From: Felis catus
Lineage: Eukaryota
Reading direction: 5' to 3'
NCBI RefSeq assembly: GCF_018350175.1
Contig: NC_058369.1
Coordinates: 1,366,001 to 1,426,000, forward strand
DNA length: 60,000 bases
The notes beneath the pieces were generated by a model. The model saw nothing but the letters and a program-made list of their open reading frames with translations. It searched no databases and had not been told where the DNA came from. Made by a program: the position numbers and the translations under genes. Shown in pieces: positions 49,719 to 60,000 of the stretch (position 1 is the stretch's first letter; the number at the start of each line of letters is the position of its first letter).

Positions 49719-51809
49719 TGGGTTTTCAAGTTTTCAAACGCTTCCTGTTTCTGGTGACGGGGTCAGGCAGCTGCAGCCCACAGCGTAAAGGTTCCGAGAT
49801 TGCCCAGAAACGGCTGGTGTTGATCCACGCACGGCCTCCGGCACTTTGTCCGGAGCCTGGTTTTAGCCTCTGGTGTGTCCCTTGCGGCTGGAGTAAGAGA
49901 CAGGGGTGAGGCTGGGGGCGCTGCGCGCCCCGGGCGGGCCTCTGCTCCCCCCACCTGCCCTCTTCCCTTCCTCCCATCCCCATCCAGAGTCGGCGGTGCG
50001 TCAGAGCCTCGTGGCGCGGTGGTTGGCACGCAGGAAGGGCGCTCGTTCCTCCCGCACTCGTCGGCCCTGCCGGGGCCCCGGCGAAGGGGCTGGGAATGGA
50101 ATTTGGCTGGAAGGCCACTGGGGCACGGCCTCGGAGTGGTGTGTGGACGAGCAGCTGGCCGTGCCCCTGGCGTTCTGTTGCCGGCCCCACGCGGTCCAGC
50201 TCCAGCAGGGTGTGGTGGATTTGTGCCGACCGTGAGCGCCCAGATCTGGCGGGAACTTGTGTCCTGGGTCTGGCGAGGCCGGCCTGCCAGCTTTCTGTGG
50301 CTTTGACCGGGCGTCCTGGTTGGCGGACGGAGCCCCGCTCCCGTTACTTACGGACTGAAGAGGAAACAAAGCCAACGGGAGTCTAAAAATAGCCCAGTGT
50401 GCTTCTCCGGGCCAAGGCTCCCTGGGCGGCCGCCTCGGTCCCCCTCCCGCCACCGCAGAGGCGCCGCCCAGCCAGGGTTCACCCTGCCAGCCTCGGCACC
50501 CCCACCCCCACCCACCCCCGTCCTGCAGCCTGGCAGCTGCCAGCCGCCGGGCCCCCCCGAGCCCCCACGCACCCCTCCTGTCAGAGCCGCTCCCCCCCCA
50601 CCCTTCTGCTTGGCTTCTGTCTGAGCGTCTGTCTGACCTCAGGGCACCCCCTCCGTCCCTTCGGCCTGGGAGGTGCTCTGTCCAGCCCCCGGGGCCCCCA
50701 TCACACAGTTCACGGTGAGACCCGCCTGCTGTGGGCACCTGGCGGTGGGCCTGGCGCACAGCAGGTGTCGTGCGTTGAGAGTCCCGTACCGGGGGTGCCC
50801 GTGGCCTCGTGGAAGTGCCACGTGGGGAAGGTGCCAGAGTCTTTATGGACCGGCCTGTGCCCTCGTGGGCAGGTGCCTCTCTAGGAAGTGTGCGGGGGCC
50901 TCCCCCTGGGCGCCGGCCGCCCCTCCGGGCCTGTCCGCGTCAGGACGGCCCAGCGCTGCCGGCGGGCAATGCCGTGTGGCCCTCGGGGTGGCTGGGCGCC
51001 GTGGTGCCTGCAGCTTCCTCCTTGGCCGGGTCAGCCGGAGCCCTGCGCTGGGCTCACCTCCCCTCTGGTCTTGGTCTGGGTCGAGCTGCTGGCGACCGGT
51101 GCTGCTGAGGGAAAGGACCTGGCCGTCCTGCCGAGCTGCGCTGTGGCCGTCTGTGGGTTGGGCCGCCCCTGGGCAGGTGGGCTGCAGGTTAGCGGACATC
51201 GAGTGACGGAGCATGCAGGGCCACCTGACCTTGGGTGGGGGCAAGCTGGGTCTCTCCGTTCTTGGAAGCAGGCTCTTGTCCCCTCACCGGAGACGTGTTC
51301 CTCCAGCGGGAACCAGCAGCCTGGGGTGGGGCTGCGGGGGCCACAGGCGGATCAGTGGTTTCTGGGAAGGGCGGGGAAAGGGGGTCGTGGGGACTGAAAC
51401 CCTCTGCACCTGTGCGTGCCGGGGCCCTCTCACGCGTCTCCCCGTTTCTCTGTAGAAGGAGGTCTCGGGGTCCCCTGGGCAGGGACGCACGGGAAGGCCA
51501 CGCACGTCCTTCTGAGCTCTGTTAACTCCGGAGCGCTGGGCCCAGCAGCACGGCCGGCTCAGCTGGTCACTGTGCCTGTCACTGCCCTTGGATGATCGCA
51601 GCCTGCCTGTGCCCGGAGAAGGCCTGCAGGGGCTGGGTGGGCAGAGCCTGGACACCGGCTGTTTCCTTGCTTGGAATGTGAGGCCGAAGCTCCACAGTGC
51701 TGCTGTGGACGGTGAGCCGGCCTCCAAGGTCAGGGACCTGGCCACGGCAAGAGACACCTGCGGCACCCCTGTCCGTTCCCAGAACCCCACCCTACGGGCA
51801 GGGTTCCGT

Positions 51810-52480
51810 AGGAGGGCCCTCGAGGGTGGGGGTGTTACGGGAGGACCCCCAGGGCTCAGTAGATGGTGGTCCCCAAGCCCCAAGGCTGTGGTTTATACAG
51901 AGAAAGGATAGGAAGCAAGATGACCTCCGGGCAAAGGCGTGTGGGGCAGGGGTGGGGACACCAGGCCAAGCTTCCAGAATCCTCTCCCAGCGTGTCCCTC
52001 AGGATGTGCTTAATTCCCCCAAACCGACACGTGAGGTGTGGTCTCCAGGGGGCGTAGAGACCCAGCGCCCAGGTTCTCACCGGGGGTTGGTCAGCAGGCC
52101 CGTCTGCCGGTCTCGGGCGGAGACCCCAGACCCCAGGAGGGGAGCAGGTCCTCGGCGCAAACCTTGTGTCTGCACAGACAGTTCCGGGACACAAGCCCCC
52201 CCGCCGGTGAGGGTGGTGGGAGCCCCGGAGTCCGGGTCCAGACGCCCCTGAGGGCCAGCCTTGCGAGCCGGCCTCGGGGGAGGGAGGTGTCAGGCCCGTG
52301 AGGGCTCTGTCTTGCACAGGACAGTAAGCACTTTGGACTTGAACCACTCCTGAGAACCTCAGGGCTGCCCTTGGGAGTGCAGATCCTGAAAGTTCCACAG
52401 GTGGGGAGGGGGTTCAGAGACAGGACGACTGGGGTGTGGGCAGCCCCCCCAAGGTACCAGAGCGCGTTAGGGTGGCCGCC
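51810..52480. mobile_element. MER77/MER68-like ERVL LTR
   Basis: gaaaggata..gcaag..ccaggccaagcttccagaatcctctcccag..tgcttaattcccc..agagacccagcgcccagg. Confidence 0.6.
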
Positions 52481-52759
52481 CCTTCTCCCTGTCCCCCACG
52501 CCGTGCGCTGTCACAGCACATCCACCGCATGCTGCCCTAGGCGGTCTCCTCGCGTGTGCACCGGAAGACAGGCCCGGCTCGGGCCCTGGCTCACGGCCTC
52601 GTGCCCTGGGGCAGCAGCACGCAGGACCTTCTCTGCTCGGGTCTCTCTTCCGTCCCTTTGTGAGAGCCTGCAGGGCCGGTGCCCCGTTGGGCTGCTGTCT
52701 TCACGAGAAGGGTGGGGGTTCCGGGTCACCTCACCGCATGTGTGGGGGTGCAGGTGAGG

Positions 52760-53120
52760 GCAGTCACCCCCAACCCTCGGCTTCCATGAGCCCCGCCCTG
52801 TCCATGGATGGGCCTGTTCTGGACGTTTCACCCGTGCGGACTCAGACCCCGTGGGGCCTCTCGTGTCTGGTTCCCTCCCTGAGCGTCGCGTGTTTGGGGT
52901 CCGTCCGCGGGGCGGCGGGGGTGGGCGCCTGGCTCCTGCTGGCGTCCGGGGGACCTTCCTGTGTGTGGGGGACACGCTGGTGGACATTTTGGGTTGTTTC
53001 CACGGTTTGGCTCTTCTGAATCACTCACGCTGCCGAGGTCACGCGTGCACAGGATCTTGTGTAGATGTGTGTTTTCCATTCTCCGGTGGGCACCGAGGAG
53101 CCGTGATGACTGTCTTTTCA
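52760..53120 (-). mobile_element. GC-shifted antisense L1MB-like 3' UTR
   Basis: cctgttctggacgtttca..tggacattttgggttgtttccacggtttggct. Confidence 0.7.
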
Positions 53121-53734
53121 AAGCGTGATACAGTTAGGCTTCTTGGCTTGTGGAACGCCACGGCTGTGGCCGCGTGGGTTGTCACGAACCGGGTGCTCCC
53201 GGGCGGACTTGGGCCCGGAGTCGCCATGTCCGTGTGCCGCGCGAGCGGCAGGGAGAGCTGGAGGGAAGGTGCCTCGGGGCCCTTGCAGGCGGACAAGCCG
53301 GCGCAAGCCTGGGGTCAGATGGACGCCCCGGGGGGTGTTTGTGTGTTGCAGAGAGCAAGCCTTGCGGACGCTGTCACCTGGCCGCTGTCACCTGGCGGAG
53401 ACCTGTGCCCCGGGGCGCTTCCTGAGTGCCTCGCCAGCGGGTGGGAACAGAAGCGGCCGTGCCTCACGGTCCCGCGGCGTGTCCTCTGGTGTAGCTGGAG
53501 CCTCCGGCCCACCGTCTTGTTGTCCTGTGTGTGCCCCGTCCCTGCTCCGGGCCGCTGTGCAGTGACCGACCGTGGGTGGTCCCGTAGCCCCAGGAGCCGC
53601 CGTCCCCTCCCCCGTCTCACGTCCTCCCCACTTTAGCGACCGCGCTCATCTCATCCTCTCTCCGAGGGCAGGGCGGGCGGGGCGCGACGCCCAGGGAGGC
53701 CCCACCAGCCTCGCTCCTGTTCTCTTCCTTCCAG

Positions 53735-53790
53735 CTGGAAAGAGGCGACTTCCTCTCGGAGGAGTGGAGAGAGCGGATTGCCAACACAAG
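53735..53790 (+). CDS. DOT1L: DOT1L exon 8 (LERGDFLSEEWRERIANTS)
   Basis: cttccttccag| acceptor, 56 nt, AG|gtaggg donor. Confidence 0.98.
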
Positions 53791-54966
53791 GTAGGGTCCG
53801 GCCCGGGCAGGTGCCCCAGGGGAGGGTGGGTCCGTGGCCACGGGGCACGAGCCGTCTTTCTCTCCCGGCCCCCCTCGCCTACAGCAGAGGGGGGCGGGTG
53901 GGGGTGGGGAGGTGGCCGGGCCCGGCTCCCACTGCCCATCCCCCGCCCCCCGGCCAGCCGTGGGGCTGGCTGTCCGCACCCCTGACCCCTGAGGGCGGCC
54001 GGCTGGGACGCTGCGGCGTTGCCCACGGGCCTGCCCTGGGCCCGACACGGGTCTGCGGCCCCTTCTCTGGCCTCCAGCGTGTGGGTCTCCCCGGACACAA
54101 GTCAGCCTTGCCCGCAGCAGCCACTGTCTGGGGGACCTGGCAATGTGGCCTCTCTCTGCCTTTCCTGCAGGCGTACCGCCTGCCGCCCTGTGTTCCCCAG
54201 CATCTGAGCCTGGGGGCAGGTAGAAGGCGGGGGGGGGGTTGGGGGGGCGGCTCTTTGCAGAGTGTGTCCCTTTGTGGCGCTCCTGTGACAGGTCCCCCAT
54301 CTGTGCTGGGTCCGCCCTGGTCTCCCTGCCAGCCCGGTCTTCCCTCTTTTCCTGAGCCCCTTGTGCTGACCCCGTGAACATCCCCATTGGTAGGGATGTG
54401 AGGGCTCTCCAGCGGAGAGGAAGCCCCATCCTCACCGAGAGCTGGCTAGCAGCATCCAGGCCCAGGGGTCCCGTCTCTGGTTGCGCTGGCGATGTGAGAG
54501 CTCATGGCGAGCACACCGCCCCCCCGGGCCTCGCCGCCCCTGGTCCCGTGGGAGAGCAGGACGGGCCTTGGGCCCGGAGAGCATCCCCTGACGTGCCCCA
54601 GGCTCTCTGCTTCTGGGCCCCCTCCCCAGCAGCCCCCTTATCGTTAGGGCGTCCGCCCCTGCTTTGCCTGGCCTCAGTGAGCTTCTGGTGGCTTCCGAGA
54701 CATGAGAGGGTGGCTGCCTTCAGAGCACCCTTCTTCGGTCAGGGCTTATCGCACCCAGCTCTCTCGTCGGGGCTCGGTCTCTCAGCCCCCAGGGACGCCT
54801 GTGCCCCGGCCTAAAGTCCCACCCGCCCTCCTTCCATGCGGCGCTGTGGGGGGAGCACACTGGGCGCTTCTGCGTCTCTAATGCCTGTTGGGCGCGCTGT
54901 CTGTTCTCGCCCTGCTCAGGCTCCCCAGGACCCTTCTGTTACTGGGTGCAGTGACGGTTTCCAGGC

Positions 54967-55132
54967 TTTTTTTTTTTTTAATATTTATTTTTCGGGAGAG
55001 TGTAAGCAGGGGAGGGGCAGAGAGAGGGGGACAGAGCTGTCAGCACAGAGCCCGACGCGGGGCTCACGAACCGTGAGATCGTGACCTGAGCCAAAGTCAG
55101 ACGCTAAACCGACTGAACCACACAGGCGCCCC
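54967..55132 (-). mobile_element. Can-SINE with TSD ggtttccaggcttttt
   Basis: TSD at 54956-54971 and 55134-55149. Confidence 0.9.
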
Positions 55133-55371
55133 AGGTTTCCAGGCTTTTTAATTTTAAACTATCGAGACTTAAATGGAGCAGCGAGGGGACGGCCATCGGC
55201 CCTCTCTCTGTCTTCCGTCACGTTCCGGTGAGGAGGTAAACTCCCTGTCCGCAGTTCTGACGGCTGTGCCCAGTTCTCGCTGTGGCGTAGTTTTTACCTG
55301 GAGGCCCTTAGGTGGGGAGACAGGAGCCACACGACCGCGCACAGAGCCGGGTTACTCGTGGGCTCAGATGA

Positions 55372-56049
<678 letters not shown>

Positions 56050-58759
56050 TGATGGGGCCCGGGTGGGCGGCCAGACTGACGAGCGGGCCCCAGGCCGTGC
56101 GGTTACGTTCCCGTTTCGCGTAGACACCGCACGACTTCTCTGTACGAGGATGTCCCCGCTTCTGCTGCAGGATCGCTCGGTCCGTGCCTGAAACTCAGAG
56201 TTGACTGGCGTCCCCATTTTATCTGCTGGCCCTAACCTGGGGGTGGTGAGGGCACCGGGGCCGTCCAGACTGGCCCCTTTGCTCTTCCTGGCTTTTCCCT
56301 GTGTCTGGGCCCATCGCCGCCCGGCCGCCTCCGCCTTCCGTTCCCGGGGTGGGGAGGAGGGACGGCCCCTTCGCTGTGCGTGAGGCTCCGACTCGCGGCC
56401 ACAGCGGCTCGGCACGGCTGTGGGGGGGGCAGCGGAGGAGCCTGGGAGCCCGCACTCTTGTTCTCAAGCCGGACGTGCGCCTAGGGTCGTGTTTCCCTCG
56501 GGCCCGTGAAGGCTTCTCGGTTTGTAGCTGTGTTGGTGCTTTGGTGGCGTGTGAGGCCCTCCACTGTGTCCGGCCTGAGCCGCCTGGGGAAGAGTGTGTG
56601 TTTTCTAAATCTCGGCAAGCTGAGAGTCAAGGCCGCGTGCCGAGGTGCGGCCTCTTGGCAGCCTCATGGCCGCTTCACGGCCTGGCACGGCCAGCCGCTC
56701 CCTCTGGGGGAGCACCTGGGAACGGCCATCCTGAGTGGCGGCCCGAGGTGCCTGTGCCATGGGGCCGCGTGCCCCCCCCCCCCCCCCCCCCCGCACACCC
56801 TTTGTGGCTGCGGGACGAGGGAAGGAGGCTCCCTCCGGCTTTTGGCTTCTGGCCCCGGGAGTGGGGTCAGGACCCGCTCAGGCCGCAGGTGGCCCAGGTT
56901 AGGTGTCTCCTCTCCCTTCGCCGTGCCAGGGGTTTCCTGGTGTGCTTGGAATGTCAGACGGACGAGAACATCCCGTGTAGAATCTTCTCAATAGGTGAGA
57001 GTCAGCTAGTTTGTTTGGATGCCAACTCGGCCTTTGTAAGTGCCGGTGGGCCACACAGCATGTTGTGCTCGGACTCGGAGCGTGGGAGAGAGAACCCGGC
57101 GAGCTCCCGGAGGGAGGTAGAAACGCCAGCACGCTTGTGGGCTGTAGGTTGCCCTGGGCGCCCCGTGGGCCACGGCGGGTCCTCCTGTCTGTCTCCGTGG
57201 ACGGGGGCCATGCCGCCTGGCCGTCTGCTCTCCTCGGTGTGCAGCCTCCTGCCTGTTTCTCATCCGTCCTCACTGACCCAAGAGTCGAGGTCGTACCTGT
57301 TTCTCCCCGTGGAGAAAGTCCAGTCAGTTGGGCCGAGCCCTGTGACGCGCTGAGCCCCGCGTCCTTGGCCATCGTGCACGGTGTTTCAGGAGAGAGGAGC
57401 CCACCGCTCGCGGGTCCAGTCTGCCGCCAAGTGCTCAGACCCTAGCTCGGGACTCCCCTCCCCACAAGCGCCCAGGGTGCACGGCGGCCGGGCTCCGGGT
57501 GGGGGCCAGGGGCTGCTGCTGTCCTCGTTAGAGCTCTGACCTCAGGCGCTCGTCCTTCTCCGGGTCCTCCGGGCATGAGCACGACTGGCCTGCGGGCGCC
57601 CGATGGGGTGTGCCCTGGTGGGGGAAGTGGGCCGTGAGCTGTGGCTGTACCGTGAGGTTGTGTATGCCGTCCTCACACTGTCGGCCCCCCGGGCCTGGAC
57701 GGGAAGCCCCAGGAAGTGCCCTCATTCTTAGCCGGTCACTGCAGTTCCTAAAGCTACAAGAACTTTCTAGACTCCTAGATGGCCTGCATGTGACCTCAGT
57801 GCTCCCAGCCAGGGAGTGGCACCTTCGCTGCCCCTCCCACCTGGGTCCTGTCCCTAGCTGTAAGAAGGCCCCGGGTGCCCTCTTCACCCCTGTTGTTAGG
57901 AACGGGATTGGGTCCCCTGTGTCTCGTGATAGAAGGTTTTGAGCTCGTGAGAGGGTCGCTCTGCGTAGACACAGGCGGTTGCCGGCCGTCTTCAGCACCG
58001 ACGGCCACGGGTCGTGCACACGTGTGTCTCTTGGTCATTTTGGAAGAGTGAGCGGTGGCTGTCCCAGCGTAGGGACCGAGCCGTGCACCCGCCCCGGGAC
58101 GGACCGGGGAGCCCCTCCGCCTGCTGCCCGCCCGAGAGCTTGCCTTCCCACCGCCCTGCCCTGGCCAGGGGCCTCGCGGGCTTTGGCTCCAACACATCTC
58201 CTCCCTGCTCGTCGGGGACGCCTGCCGGGCACCCGGGCTCGCCGTCCCGCGCGGCGTTGCTCTGCGGGTCTCTGCATCGTGCTTTCCCGTGGGAGGGCTG
58301 CCTGCCGAGCCCTGCGGTCCCGGCTGCCGGCCGTGACCTCCTCCCGGGCCCTCGCGGCACCGGCTGTTGCCGAGTGGGCGGCGCGGGGTGCCGGGCTCCT
58401 AGCGGGAGCGCCCGTGGACCCGGCGTTTATCCCGCTTGGCACCACGCTCTCAGAGGCGCCCTGGGTTCCCAGCGTCCCACGGGGCTCTGTTCAGTCCCTG
58501 GCTGCGAGACCTCTGATGCGACCCCGCGCGCTCTGTGAGCTCTGGCTCGCGCCCTGGCACGACACGTCCGCCCCCTGACTTCGCCCCTGGCCCGGCGCTG
58601 GGCCCGTCACCCCCTGCTCCCAGGGGGCCGGTTCTCAGGACCGGGTGGGGCAGTGGGTGCTCCCGGCGCCGGGGGTCATGGCGGGCTGGCCTGTTTGTGC
58701 CCGTGTGCGTCTGTGTCTGTGTGCGTGTGTCGAACTGCACTCAGAGGGAGTTTTCCAAT

Positions 58760-58946
58760 TGATTGATTCGTTGATAGAGAGGAGGGAGGGTGCACAAGCA
58801 GGGGAGGGGCAGAGAGAGAATCCCCAGCAGGCTCTGTGCTGTCAGCGCGGAGCTTGACGAGGGGCTCAGTCCCACGAACCGTGAGATCATAACCTTAGCC
58901 AAAAATCAAGAGTCGGAGCTCAGCCCACCGACCACCCAGGTGCCCC
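58760..58946 (-). mobile_element. Can-SINE
   Basis: Reverse-complement consensus. Confidence 0.88.
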
Positions 58947-59595
58947 GGGACTTTTCCAATTTGAACGTGACCTTATTGTTTTCCGTGACTTCTCCGACTG
59001 GCTCTTTTTTCCCTCATACGGAGAAGCATGGCTTCTGGGAGCGCGTGTGTTTGTTCGCGGTGTTTGTCACGCACGCGCCGCGGACTCCCTCCTGAGCCCG
59101 CGGATTCCTCTGTGAGTCCTCTCTCCTTAGAACTCCGCACACTGGGGATGATGCGGCCCGTGTGGCTGCCCCGCCGACGCGGCCCGGTGCTGCTTTTGGG
59201 GCTCTAGGGCTTTGCCTTGGCTGTCGATTGCGGGACGCGTCCCACAAGCACGCAGACCGTGGGGGGGGGGGGGGGGCGTGCCAAGTCACCGTCCTCACTC
59301 CCGCCCGGTCTGTCCTCACAGATGGGTGAGCCCCCAGCTGGGACCTTTGGGTCTGAGGTCAGCACCGTGGGGCCTTGGACCGTTGTCACAGGAGAGCAGC
59401 TGACGGGACAGAGTTACGCTGGGAGGCGGCACCTGGTCCTGCTCTTCCTCGTAGGAGGCGGACGGGACTCCGTCCTGCTGCCGTGCACGCGGTCGCTGTC
59501 CCCGCTCCTCCTGCGGCTTCCCTTTACTCCCCTGATGTCTGTCTCCCTCTCATTTGTGTGCGTGCAGGTGCTTCCCCACGAACGGCAGTAACTAG

Positions 59596-59976
<381 letters not shown>

Positions 59977-60000
59977 TAGCATGGGCTGCACCTCAGGCCC

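Noticed and set aside
56301..57353. 350-aa ORF in intron 9, and similar ORFs at 50-54 kb
   Set aside because: Low-complexity GC-driven composition with no homology I can recognise

Overview
Mammalian (feliform carnivore, most likely a cat/felid, judged from ~30 tRNA-derived Can-SINE/SINEC_Fc copies) GC-rich genomic DNA. It holds the 5' half of DOT1L (histone H3K79 methyltransferase) on the + strand: a CpG-island promoter at ~15.7-17.8 kb and coding exons 1-10 (16404-59677; 856 coding nt, phase-consistent GT-AG introns, most of the catalytic domain). The gene continues past the window end. The first ~15.6 kb is repeat-rich intergenic DNA (L1, L2, MIR, MaLR/MLT LTRs, MER DNA elements, SINEs). 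The other long ORFs in the track are GC-rich noise or L1 fossils. I see no new gene system. The best leads are regulatory and evolutionary: a ~213-nt adenine-free pyrimidine tract forcing a distant branch point before exon 6, two strong-context uORFs (one overlapping the DOT1L start), heavily GC-shifted transposon fossils including L1 ORF2 with reopened frames and two L1MB copies sharing derived sequence, and strand-biased or inverted SINEs. Repeat family names come from recalled consensus sequences, and their boundaries are approximate.
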